Positions 27,954-40,962 of a stretch of 64,000 nucleotides of DNA are shown here, piece by piece. Position 1 is the stretch's first letter. Each line of letters starts with the position of its first letter. This DNA is from Basidiobolus meristosporus CBS 931.73 (lineage: Eukaryota; Fungi; Basidiobolomycota). The notes under the pieces are model-generated. The model did no database searches. It had not been told where the DNA came from and saw only the letters and a program-made list of their open reading frames with translations. The stretch spans positions 124,001 through 188,000 of the forward strand of contig MCFE01000055.1 in assembly GCA_002104905.1 (NCBI GenBank), in the 5' to 3' direction. Both the position numbers and the translations under genes were made by a program.

Positions 27954-29018
27954 ATGAATAGACTTCGCAAGGCTTTTATGTCCGCAAGAAAGGGAAGTGC
28001 AGGAGAGACTGACATACACTCAAAGCATCCATATGGCAATCATTCACTTGATATCTCTCGTTCCCAAGCTGAGCTTCTTCGTTATGTGCCTGAAGTTACT
28101 ACTCCACCCAAACCCACCCATTCAAACTCAAACCCTGAAACACTTCTTTATGGTTCTCAGAAGCCTTTAGCTATTAAAACAAATCCTTCTTATCTGTGCC
28201 CACCTGGGATGACAACTTTATCCCGGTCGGCACCTTCTTCTCCAAGTGAGGTCTCCCTTCAGCCGATTCCTTCCCCCCTACCTTCTCCCCTAAAAAGCCC
28301 CATGCATCCTCTACCCTCCCCCATAGTCCCACAGCCTCCTTCTGAGTTATCTTCCACAGCCGGTGTCTCGCCTCATCAGTTTTCACAATTGGCCCAGTCA
28401 GGAAGGCGCCATCCCAACTCTTCGGAATTCGCGGAGGATTACATCCGAAGAGCCATTGATCATCACGAGAAAGGAGAGTTAGAAAAGGCCACCGAATACT
28501 TCCGCATAGCTGCCGAGAAGAACTCTCCACTTGGAATGTTTCTTTATGGAATCTCACTACGACATGGTTGGGTACTTGAAGTTCTGATTTCACCTCAGGC
28601 GTCTCCAGCAAACTAACCCAGTATCCACAATTAGGGCTGCCATCCAAATCAAGTCGTGGCTTTCCAATTCTTGCAGAAGGCTGCAGAGTGTGCAGTATTT
28701 GATCTCAGTAACGTAACTCCGGACAACCCGATAGTTGCCAAAGGTGAATTGGTTTTGGCAATCTATGAACTGGGGATCTGCTTCCGCCACGGATGGGGAG
28801 TACCCAAAAACAAGGTCACCGCTGCGTACTATTTCGAAATTGCCGCTAACCTAGGCGACCCAGATGCTCAAGCTGATCTAGCCTTCTGCTATGCACATGG
28901 GATTGGCGTCAAAAAAGACCGTTACAAAGCAGCCAAGTATTACAAAATGGCCCATGCACAAGGGATCAGTGTATTTGGCAACTCTTGGATTTTCAAAGAT
29001 AAATACAAGCACTGCTAA
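27954..29018 (+). CDS. Sel1-repeat protein (Dsf2/Nif1-like)
   Basis: AIDHHEKGELEKATEYF, GMFLYGISLRHGW|G, AIYELGICFRHGWGV, GDPDAQADLAFCYAHGIGVKKD. One intron near 28571-28633. Confidence 0.85.
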
Positions 29019-30586
29019 TAGCATCGAGGCTGATCACCACAACTTGCACCACATACTTTCCCTTTAATTCGGGTGTATGGAATATGCCCAACACCTATTC
29101 AGCTGTCCTAATATTCCAGTTTTAATTCTTACCATTGTCGCAGCTCCTCACTTCGTATAGCTTTGTTCTCCCTGGGGGAGAAGACCGTTTTCTCGCTGAA
29201 GGAATAAGTTTCATACCTTACAATTGCCAGGGATCCCCCTAATGGTGCTTAATAGAAGCGATTCTTTAGAACTTCATAAGGTCCATATTTACCTCTTTCA
29301 TTACAAGTCACTCATCATGAGAGGTGATTTTTGTTCTTATTAATTGCCTTATTGAGATGAAATGGATACTACGGTTATATTTTCTACGTTGCCTGTTTAT
29401 TACTATCCCCTCATGGAGCCCACTACACATCTCAAGACGGTGCCGTTTTTGTACACGAATAAAGTGATTTATATGTATACCTGGTGCATCTTTGGTAGAA
29501 CGTGATACCAAGAAGCCAAGCTGGATACAAACTACCAGGCTCAATCTCAGGCAATTTCACCGAATTAATTGACGTTACATGGAATGTGCCACGACTGGCC
29601 CTATGCGATTTGGAGTTGGTGTTACAAATGTAACTAGCGGTGGAGGGATTGACACTGTAAGCTTATTGAACAAAGTCAATGGATCATATTGTGATATGCA
29701 CACGGCTGTCTTAGGTTACGTCTCCTGGATGCCCCTATCTCAGGCTCAGCTGAGATGGCGATGTCCAATTTGCGCCACAATCAATCATGTACGTTTATCA
29801 AATGGGCACAACAAGCCTGGCGAAATGCTCAACGCTCAAGTATAGAACCTAATCATCAACCACTTTATTAAATTTATCAAGCGGAAATTATCGTTGTATC
29901 CCTGCAGCGGTACAATTTCGGTTGAGATAACAAATACCAAGCCTGCTAGCGAACCTATCGGTTACTAGGGCGCCATAGCTGGTTAAACCATGTGATCGGT
30001 AGATTCAACCGCGGCTACTCTTTGAGGCAAGCATTCGAGCATACAATGGGTGAAACGCCTTCTAACTTTACATCAGATCTATGATGGTTAGTTTTTCTGA
30101 TCTAGATTGGCTGGGCTGTGTTGGTTGGAGCCGCATTGCTATGATTATAGTCTAAATCATGCATCTTTCTAGGTTCGCTCAGTTACCACATTCTGTGGCC
30201 TATATCAGATGAACATGCAATCTACACCTCATATTTCATTCTAACAAGGTTTCAGGATTGCAAAAGTGCATAGAACACTCTTTTGTGGAATCTTGCATGT
30301 CAGCTTGCTTAAACTCCCTAATTCAATGCTTAGTTATCATACTCGAAAACGCAAGCACACAGCAGAAATGCCATAAATCAAGATTCAAATACGTATTTAA
30401 GTAGTTTTAGTTGCATACAAACTCCAACTGAATAGTAATCGTGCATATATCCTAATTGACACTGAGCTGATTACGATGTATCAAGAGCTCACAGATACAC
30501 AATATTAATGTTCGTGAAAGTCCAGTTGGCCAGTGCTATGGTGAGCCGATTCTTCTTAGGAAACAGGCAAACATGGAGCTACCATT

Positions 30587-31342
30587 CTAATGATTAGTTT
30601 GATAAATACGGTCGCCACAATCACCAAATCCAGGTATGATGTAGCCCTCCTTGCTCAAGGTGTCGTCTATTGCACCTGCATATACAGTGACATCCGGATG
30701 GGCTTCATGAAGTGCGTCTAAACCGATCTTGGAGGCACACACGCAGACGAACTTGATTCGTTTTATTCCCCAGTCTTTCAGTATGCTGATGGCTTCAACG
30801 GATGTTCCACCTGTAGCCACCATGGGGTCCAGGACTACACACAAGTCGACGTTGGGTTCCTTCGGTAGCTTGTTGTAATATTCCACTGGCTGGAGAGATA
30901 TTTGCTCTCTGTAAAGTCCAAGATGTAGAATTCTAGCCGATGGAACCATTGTCAGGAAGCCTAGACAGCTGGAATTAGGCCACCTATAACAGTACTAGAT
31001 GGGTCGAGCAACGTACCATTAACCAAACCTAGGCCTGAACGCAAAATAGGGACCAGTCCAATCTTATCCTTAAGAGCCTCTCCAGTGTAAGGGGCCAAGG
31101 GACTTTCCAGCTGAAAAGAAGTCAGTTGTGAAAAAACGGACAAACGATAGCGCTAGCAACATTACCTGGCCAATTTCTTTCATTTCCAAATCTTGCATCG
31201 ATTCGTAGGCCAGCAGATAGGCAATCTCTTCCAAGAGCTCGCGTGACTGCTTGGCCTTGGTATTTTTGTCCCTCAGTAGAGATAGTTTGTGAGCAATTAA
31301 AGGGTGCTTGCTGATTGTATGGTTCGGCATATTAGTAGGCAT
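30587..31342 (-). CDS. Uracil phosphoribosyltransferase, bacterial Upp-like type
   Basis: [43 protein letters not shown] (PRPP loop), [12 protein letters not shown] (uracil loop). Two introns. Confidence 0.93.
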
Positions 31343-32857
31343 ACTTGTAAAATACAAGAAGAGTTTTGACTTGTTCGCAGCTATGTTCTTTATTTATACC
31401 CAGGATTGCGTGGAATGGTATATCATCCACATAACACCATACTACCATCCTGAAGGGTGTGTCATAGATGCCACCCATCATGATGGGATTCGTTGTTCTT
31501 ATTTTGGAATATGAATATTTCCCAATACTGAGAATGAGCGAGGGAATGTGAAAATGAGCATGTGAGTAGATATGTGTACAGGTATTGTAAACCAGATGAA
31601 TACCAGGTCTGCTTCTAGCCTGTTAAAATGAGACATTATTCTTGCTAATATCGAGACTACCAATGTCCTCTCTGCAAGTGGGCATTTGTGTAGATCGCTT
31701 GCTGGATGAATAGTGCCTCCTTGATCGTGCGGATAACCAGGGGAGCCCCTATCTCATTCAATGGAGCATACATCGGATGGTTCACTTTGGCAAATTGGCA
31801 TGGCTCTGCGTATTTTAGTAATAAGCCCGGAGCGCCTGGGAGGCTTAGAATGTGCAACTATGTCCCAAAGATACAAATAGGCAATGACACTCCTCCATTA
31901 GCCTTGTACCTCTCCATTTGCGACAATACTCCCCATATTGTGAAACAGCCTCATTGTGGCCTCCCTGAGAAAGTGTATCGTTCATTGTAAGACTACAGCT
32001 AAAACCTATGTAATCGGAAGCAGAATTAATATCGGAGTGTGATTTTGCGATGGGTGCATGGGTTCGAATGGAATTCACTGTTTTGAGTTGCCATAAATAT
32101 GGGAGAGATCATTTGTAGGCGATTGTGGTGACGTAGTGTGAGACCATACATTGAGTGCTACAACAGTCCCATAGCAGTCTTCTGATCTGTATGGGCCCTA
32201 AAATTCAGCAAATCATGCGGGACTTGACCACTAGTTTCAAATACCGTAGTCACCAGAGTGTATGCCATGCTATTCCTATGGATAATATCAGCGGACTCGA
32301 TGGCCGAATCCCATCTACTGAGCTGTGTCTTGACAGGAAGGTAACACGTTCAACGAATCAGTAGTATTCGTTTACCCCTTTGGTCCCGTTACAGATCATT
32401 TGCTACCAATTCTGGGTACTACATTCCCTTTTGTAGCGGAGATCCAGCGAGTTGTGTCTCCCCGTACGAGATAGGGAACTTCGCCAAAATTGATGCTCGT
32501 TGGAGTTGAACCCTTACGTGCGGTGGCATTTGTAGTCTACGTACGAATTACATTATGACTGTTCATTTATTCTCCCTGACCCCTTAATATACTAAGGTAT
32601 CTCGTTCTTGTATTGCCAATGCATCTGTCACTGGATTCTGATTCGCTGTGGCCGTTTGCTAGATTATTATATCTGGTCATGCTTTGTATACCTCGTGCTT
32701 GGAACCAGGTATGATTCTGCTTCAGTAGGCCCTATTTTCTTCCCACCCTATTCTCTCAGCCACTTCCACAAAGCATATATAGAGCCCCAGTTTTCAAAGA
32801 TCCCCTGACTCTATTCTACCTGTTTTCAAGCTACTCTCATATTGACTTAGTCCTCTT

Positions 32858-34596
32858 ATGCCTTCTTCTGAGAACGATTCGCCAATACTGCAAAGGATAT
32901 TAGGATGCATTGAAGAGCTACAGAAAGATCAGCAAAATCTGTCAAGCAAGGTTGGTTAGCCCGTTCAGGTTCGTTTACAGACCGGCCCAAGTACTAATCC
33001 ATATCTTCCATGAAGCTGGAGTCTTTCCAGAAAGAAATCAAGGGACAGCTCGCCTCCACGCTACCAACATCCAGCGCGACAGCCAAACCCGATTCCTCCA
33101 AATCGACTTCGGATAAAAGCTGCTCTACTGGTAAGATAGTCATTGCATGGGCCCTAAAGTTGCCATAAGAATCGCCCTCATTGATATATTAGATCCTGGC
33201 GTAGGGAAACTTCCCTCCCCTGTTCTGGGCCCCATTGAAATTAGCTCCAAAGAGCAGATTCCCCAAGCCAAGAAGCAGTATGGATCAAGAATCATCTTGA
33301 CAAGTAAGCATAGCCAAGAGTAACGCTCCTGTAATTTCACACTAACAAAGATCTGCCTTAGCCTACCCTCACCAAGTCGGCATCAATCCCATCCCTTTGG
33401 AATGGGGTGCCAAAGATGCACAAACTCGCGGACCGGTTGTAGTGTCGCGCCATCCAAATTCATTCAGAGTTCGTAATGCCATTGGGGCTTATGGTGGCTC
33501 CTACTGTATATATCGTGCTCTTGCAGTTGCCATTGGTGAGCTAGAGCCTGCCCACCTTCCCAACTTTGCGAACACCCAGCCCCATGCGGAGATTGGGCCA
33601 CATCCACAATGGTTTGATCCAAAGAAGATTGTTTCCTTCGATCCCTTTGGGCATACTATCGTCCGTGATCACGTTGACCATTTAAAAAACGGCATCGATA
33701 TCCGTCCTACCATCGCCATCACCAAAGCTAACATGACTCTTCCTGATTTGGAGAACAGTGTGACGAAGAAGCGTTTCCAAGTAGACAAGAAGATCGTGCT
33801 CAACGAGAAAGGCGATCTCAGAGTCACCAAAGCTGCTGTAGAGCCAGTGTGGTATCTTCCAGGTGTTGCAGAACGATTCAACATTGATGAAGGAACTCTA
33901 AGACGTGCACTTTTCGAAGATACTGGAGGAATGTATCCGGAGTTGATTACTAGGCCCGACCTAAAAGTGTTCATGCCACCTATTGGTGGCCTCACCGTCT
34001 ACATATTTGGTGATCCGAGCAATGTTTCAAACCCAGAAAAACGCTTGACACTGCGCATCCATGACGAATGTAACGGGTCCGATGTTTTTGGATCCGACAT
34101 TTGTACGTGCAGACCTTACCTCATATACGGTATTGAAGAAGCTGTCAAAGAAGCCCAGAATGGTGGCTCTGGGGTTATCGTATACTTCCGCAAGGAGGGG
34201 CGTGCACTTGGTGAAGTGACGAAGTACCTTGTGTATAATGCACGTAAAAGGCAAGAGGGTGGCGATACCGCAGACAATTACTTCTTACGTACCGAATGTA
34301 TTGCCGGAGTGAAGGACATGCGATTCCAAGCGCTAATGCCAGATGTTCTGCATTGGTTAGGAATCACTAAAATCGACAGAATGATGTCCATGTCGAATAT
34401 GAAGCATGATGCCATCACTAGTGCTGGCATTAAAATCTTGGAAAGAGTTCCAATTCCGGATGAATTGGTGCCCCCAGATTCTAGAGTCGAGATAGATGCG
34501 AAGATCGCTTCTGGTTACTTCACTACTGGCGAGATCCCCACTGCCGAGAAATTAGCTGAAGTCAAGGGTCGTGGTTGGGATGACCTGCAGCATTAG
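32858..34596 (+). CDS. URC1: URC1/Urg1 family GTP-cyclohydrolase-II-like uracil catabolism protein
   Basis: TYPHQVGINPIPLEWGA, RGPVV..RNAIGAYGGSY, GMYPELITRPDLKVFMPPIGG, RIHDECNGSDVFGSDICTCRPY (Zn cysteines), KEGRALGEVTKYLVYNARKR. Three short 5' exons from ATG 32858. Confidence 0.92.
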
Positions 34597-35249
34597 GCAG
34601 CTATCAATAATCTGTCAACCTGTTCGGAATTCAGCGGTTCACGAGCTTTCGGTACTATTTCCCATTCTTACAATAATAATAAAGATAAGCCACTTCAAAT
34701 CCAATCATCACTTAGGATCCGTTTGTATGGATCTTCCAAATGCGGCAAGTACACAGGCGTTGAGCATGAATGCTCTATGATTTCATATCGATTTCTATCA
34801 ACTCAGCAATGTAGTTTATTCGTTGGAGGTCAGGAGTAGTGACGGTGTGAGTTGGAAGCCAGCAGCTTACATGTATATTCAATGATTGCTTACTTTGCGA
34901 CTGGAATTGCGTAATAGTGGCTTGTCTTCAAACCATTGGAAGGCTATGGAAGTGATTGTTTAATTGTCCCAAGCATTTGGGTATTGCGGGAAATTGGGGA
35001 TTTCTGTTCATTAGGTAAGGACATTTCTGAAGTATTTATGATTGCTTTATTGTTTTTATATATACAAAACGAGGTTGGGTGCAGGTAATTGAATTCGGAG
35101 GTTCATAAGGAATAACGTTGGGTGGAGAAGGGTACTGGCCAAATATGATATAATAATGAGGTGAAAGTCAATTCGGGTACTTTATGAGCAGCTGAATCTA
35201 GGTATTGAATGAACGGCATTATAAATGTATATATCTATATCTCCCGTTT

Positions 35250-36813
35250 CTAGGACTCCTGCCCATTGTTGAGCAACCGCATGCTTTGTGTATAAACAAA
35301 GAATGTTGTAGCATTCAACGGAAAGGCTCGAAGAATAGTAGCATTCATACCGCGGAAAAGAACTGAAATCCCTTCCTCACGATAACACTTGATAATACAG
35401 TCCACTACACCACGATAGCGCGGTGTGGCATTATTGGTTACATCCGCTTGAATCTTCGTCTTCACAACATCTATCACAATAAAGGTGTAAGTTGCTACAT
35501 CCACACATAAGCACATCATAGCAAAGTTTACCAAATGGATATGTTGACACCCAAGCACATATACCAGCAAATCCACCGGCAACGATTAACCCGAGAGAAC
35601 CCAAGTCGTCAGTTGATTTCCCGGCTGGGGTTAGCATTCTACACAATATCTCGTACGATACAAAATAGGGACCAAAACTGAATTCACGTAGGATAGTGGG
35701 CCATAAGCCACGATAGCATGCAACTACACCGCCAGCCCTATAGGTTTTCAGGAAGCAATCCATAGGCCCTTTGTAGTAGTTCCTACTTTTCAACTGTTCT
35801 GGCCCTTGGTTTTGCAACCGGATCTTTGCCAATTCCATAGGACAGCTTACAAAGCTGGGCTTGTTTTAATAATGAGCCGCTGGAATAAAATCAGGAAACT
35901 CTCTCTTACCTGTTGACAGTACCAGTTACTATACCCGCAATAAACATCTGTTTATATGTGGCATCTCCATCAGAACCCTGCATCTGGAAATTCAACGCTG
36001 ATTCGTACACACCAAATGCCAGGGCGTTTACTAAAGCCACGCCAGCCTAATCCCAAGAATGTGCCTTAGCTTCAATTGTAATGTTGCGCGACTAGTTACA
36101 GTGCAATCAATCACATACCATTGGTGATGCCTATATTCAGAGAAAGGTACAAGAGTTAAAATCCGTCCGATACATATGGCTTGTTTCCACATACCATTCC
36201 TTTAAATAGACCTCGAACCTAGATAGGATGGACAATTAGTCATAAATCAAGTTGAAAAAGTGCAAAGCTCGCAGTACCCCTTCATATCTGACAATCGATG
36301 AGAAACAATGTGCTGTTCCTCTATATAGAGCATGAGATTTTGTTTGTGTCTGAAGTCTAACTTTGACTAGAATTGTGGAGTTTGGTTAAAAATGGAACTT
36401 CAGGGAGTAATATAGGTGAATAAGCCACGACGTACCAGTATCTGTTAACACGCAGAGTTAAAGAGAGAAAGTATCGAGGGCAAATAGGATAAGTTTAGAG
36501 AGTTGACTATAAGATAGTTTAGTATTCTGAAAGTTTTACCAAAAGGATGACCAACTATTAAACCAGCACAGCCTACAGAAACCCCAAGCTCAGCTATTCT
36601 GCTCCGAATAAAAAAAGTAGACAACAAGAAATACCTCCAAGTGTGCCAGCAAGAAAACTCTTCCACGCAAAGGTGGGTGTGGTAAATTCTACATGAAAAT
36701 AAGCTTTAACTTTGTCGAAAACACTCGGTCCCTACTATACAAAGGGCGCTGGTAACCGTGCATATCTTTGAAAACTTACGAATTTGCTCGTTTTCATATG
36801 AGGCAGTAGTCAT
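35250..36813 (-). CDS. Mitochondrial carrier (carnitine/acylcarnitine or basic amino acid carrier-like)
   Basis: FLAGTLGG, VGHPF, CPMELAKIRLQNQ, YRGLWPTILRE, TYPF|DVVKTKIQ, RAFPLNATTF. ATG at 36813 reconstructed through a phase-1 intron. Confidence 0.88.
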
Positions 36814-39621
36814 TACACAAAAGAGTAGATATTTATTATGTTAAAAAGCGGAAGGGGTAAGGACTCGGATATATAAAAACGATAAAGAGGTGAGAAGAGA
36901 GGAAATGTAGGGAGGCAAAAGAATGCAATGATGGAGATGTTGTGGTGAATTTTAAGGTTGAGGATATTGAAATCACTTTCCCACGTAGTGAATTTGGCAG
37001 TCACCGACAGTCCTTGCCCACGCATTACAGACCCTCAATTTTATATATGCAAGCTGAGAATACATTTAGCAAGTGTAGCCGTATTTCTGGGAAAATTCTG
37101 CTGAAATTACGAAAAATAAGCAGATCTAGCAGAAATCCAATCAAATTGGAAGCGAAGACAGTGAAACCAAACTAGGTGTAAGCCAATGATTATGGTCACA
37201 CGACTTTGTTTTATTTCACCGCTGTTCTGCTGCACGGTTGGTGCCCAACACTGCATCATTAGTCAGCTGATTGAGGGATTCTGAGAATTATCATCAGCAT
37301 AGACTTTCCCACCGTACACCAATAGGCACCATATCTTCCCACCATATATCACCAACGGTGCCAGCTTCCAGTCAGGATTCTTCAGATATTCTCATCATTG
37401 TTTACCAACCTCATGCGTACTGAGCTATACTGTGGATGAGTACCCCTATCTTTTGTAATAACATCCATTAATTAGGGTCAACTCTGCTGCAGCATTTCTA
37501 TGGATACCCATATGCCTTCCAACTGAAATAATGTAGCTGCACTCTTGGGTTACCCACAACCATGACCAGATATGATCGATCCTATCCAAGGAATCAACAG
37601 CCCCTGAAATTCCCATCATTATGTATCCTGAGATAGGGATTACGACTTAAAACGTGTTCTGATTTGTAAGTTATGTCACTGGGCAAGGCTTGATGGTGGA
37701 ATCGGAGCCTCCCCCTCCGTAATACGTCGACTGTACATTCGTTATATTCCATCAGTAGACCGATACACCGGCCATCATACACCCTTGCCTTCTCATGTGC
37801 AATGACCAAAGGCGTATGGGATGCAAGTCCGGAGAGGCTCTGCTGCAACATCCAGGGCTTTCCCCAAGAACTACATGTATTCCGGAGTACTGTACAAATG
37901 CTATTGTGGTACGAGTAGTACGGCTGGCATGCAAACATACAATAACCCTTCGCGGTCATATGCGACTGTGGTGACTTGGCAGTATCTTGACTGTTGTGGG
38001 GTTTCACCAATATTGATTAAAACAATCATGGGACTGTCCGGAAGTTTGTACCTGGACTGCTAACTACTAATGGACAAAAAGCATCCAGATAGGTAGTTTC
38101 TAAGACCAGTGGTCCATTAAATAGAGTTCCATTGAAATCATCCCTAGCGATAGCACTTTTTCTGAGCATTGCCACATGCATTAATGCTCAAAACCCTGCG
38201 AGGACTCCTTCCTGTCAATACTCTCAAACCAGCACCAAGGTATTCTGCTCCGAATTGATACACCTACCCGCAAATATCCGTCCGACCTAATTGGCGAAGG
38301 CCCAAGGCTATTCATCACCCATTCACCCACTAAACAGAATGATGGAATTCGTTTTTTCTTTCAAATTGGGTAGAGCAAGCTCAGCCTGATATGATCAAGG
38401 TCACATGAATAATCCAATTACTGTTGACATGCAGCGCTCGTGGGCCCTTGGCGCCCATTGGCAGGTGGTCACTAATCAGCCTAATGGGAATATTACGAAG
38501 TATGTCCTATATACCAGAGTGATCTTATAGTTTTTGTATATAGGGCTACTCTGCTTGGCCCAGTCACCAAAAGATGTTATTTAGCAATGGAGAAGCCAAA
38601 CTGAATTTCGGTTGCTCAATATGGATATCTTGGAGTGGTAATGATTGCTACACATTCCACATACCGTCACAAAGTAAGAAGAGTGCAGTTTACAGCACAT
38701 CCCCTAGGGCCTCAGTTGCAGGTTTCGCGGTGCTATAAACCAATTTTCGGTATTGGGAAAGCAGTAGTCGGGAGTTGGCAGATATGTGATGAACTTCAAC
38801 CGGATTTAAAGAGAATAGCCATCCCATGATGTTTCTTGCAGACAGCCCTATGATCCTATACTCTGACCACGACTGGCCATAAAGGTGCAAACTCGCTGTC
38901 GACAGAGTCAACTAATGGGTGATTTCCTCCATCGAAAGTTTGGTAAATGCTCACACTCATCCTATTATAAATCTAAGCCCATTCCACATCAAAGATGTAT
39001 ACTCTTCAACTCGTGTCTTCCTTGGAAAGCATAAGGTGACAAACTTGTTCAATTTACTATGAACTGGTTTTTTCTCGCATTGAAGCATCTGCCTAGGCAT
39101 TGCCTATGAAATGCTGACATATACAGGGCAGGGAAAAGCCAACAAAATTCCATCCAGAAGCCACATGATTTGGTGGGGAAATCCAGTTGTTCCTTTCTCA
39201 GCATATTCCTATGTTGATCAGTGAGTTACATATCTCAGTTGACATGCTTTTGAATTCATATGTAGTCAACGCATGGGCTGATCAGGATTCGAAATTTCTG
39301 CAAATTACTTGGTGTGACATGGGACATGATGTGTTTCCACTGCTCTCCGTGATACTAGATGGATTCAAGCCTCAACCATTGTAAAATTTGTAACTTAGCC
39401 AAACGACAGAACCATATGCGCTTAGTAATGGGAGGTTTTGATTGGCATAGCGGTACCGGCATTGTTCCCATGCTAGGGGTTAGAGCTAAATATGTCCACT
39501 GGACTTCTTTGTAATCGTATAGGGAGTATCGCCAGCCAGCTTAATAAATTACCATTGATGCTGCAAACAAGTATAAATATATACACCAGCCAATTCAAGG
39601 AATCTTGGCAGCTTCGTTCAG

Positions 39622-40696
39622 ATGTCTTCGAACACTTTAATTGTGTATGACTTTGACTGGTAACAGTACGCTACTTGTTGCATCTCTATTAATGCATTTT
39701 TTAACATGGCGCTCGATGCTTCCAAATCGTTTAGGTCCTTAATTGACGAGGATAGGTAACGGTTTGTAGGAAACTTCTCATCGTCCATCTCGCAGCTTAC
39801 ACCATCTTCTCCGTGATTAGTGATAACTTTTTGGTGAGTAAATTGAGCGCGCTCCTGGGCCAAAAAATGAGCACATTCGAGACAGATACGACATGGACTG
39901 AAAATCTGAACGATATTCAGATAGACAAGTCATGGACTGATCTAATGGTAAGCAGAAGCAGCTATTCGCCGTGATATAAGAGTTAATCCATTCTCATTTT
40001 AGAATCAACTTCTGAGTGAGCTTCATGAGTTGGGATTCACTGAGAAGCAAATGGACGCCATATGGGCCCAAATCCCCTTCAACGAGGACATGATCAAAGC
40101 CCTTCATATTGCCAAAGCAGCAAATGCTGATATAATGATCATCTCGGACGCAAATACCATAGCTATATCCAGGATTTTAACCCATTACCAAATCAACAAC
40201 CTATTTACCAAGATCATCACCAATCCAGCCCAATGGAGCGACGAGGGGAAACTTGTGGTGGATCGACTCGTGCCGAAGGAAACGCCACACGGTTGTCGTA
40301 CCATGGCCGAAGGCTATGGCAGGACTTGCTGTGCAAACATGTGTAAAGGACAAGAAATTACTCGGATGATCCAAGAAAAATATGCGAAAGTCGTATACGT
40401 AGGGGATGGTGCGAATGACTTTTGCCCAATCACGAGGCTAAGAGCGTGGGTAATTTCGATTTTCGAAGATCTGACCATTTTTAATCATCCCCTTTCTTTT
40501 TAGAAACGATATAGCGCTTGTACGTCGTAACCGAGTATTAAGCAATATCCTTGAAACGCCCAGCTCACGTGCGCAGATTCAGGCGAATATAATATTCTGG
40601 TCAGAAGCTGTTGATGTTTTAAGCACTTATCAAGGCCTGTTCCAGCCCCTTTCCCAGGAGCCTGATCTTGCCGCAAAGCTAGCCATATCCTATTAA
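39622..40696 (+). CDS. PHOSPHO1/2-like HAD phosphatase
   Basis: Motif I YDFDW|SLIDEDS|D is split over micro-exons 39735-39755 (21 nt) and 39821-39833 (13 nt). Also WTDLM, IISDANT, ITNPA, CCANMCKG and YVGDGANDFCP. Confidence 0.88.
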
Positions 40697-40962
40697 CAAA
40701 TACTTCGGCTCCATTCCTCCATGTGCGACAATAAACAGGATGAAACGTTGAAAGATCAGGGAGATTGTAGCAAGTTCCATAGCAAATCTAGATTGATCTT
40801 AGATTCAATCGACTCCATCTAAAACAAGGAACGGGTAGTCGTATGAAGGAGCATTGCTTTATTGAATATTTGAATTCGCATAAGACCAACATACAAAGTA
40901 TTCTATGAGGTTTTGTGGTAGATTCATTTACGATAAACGTTTAAATGATATGTTACAATGGA

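Noticed and set aside
32292-32306. CGG-N9-CCG as a possible Zn2Cys6 (Urc2-like) site in the UPRT/URC1 divergent promoter
   Set aside because: Single occurrence with no matching site found upstream of URC4; expected by chance.
32490-32545. Minus-strand GGGTTCAACTCC resembling a tRNA T-loop
   Set aside because: The T-stem and acceptor stem do not pair.
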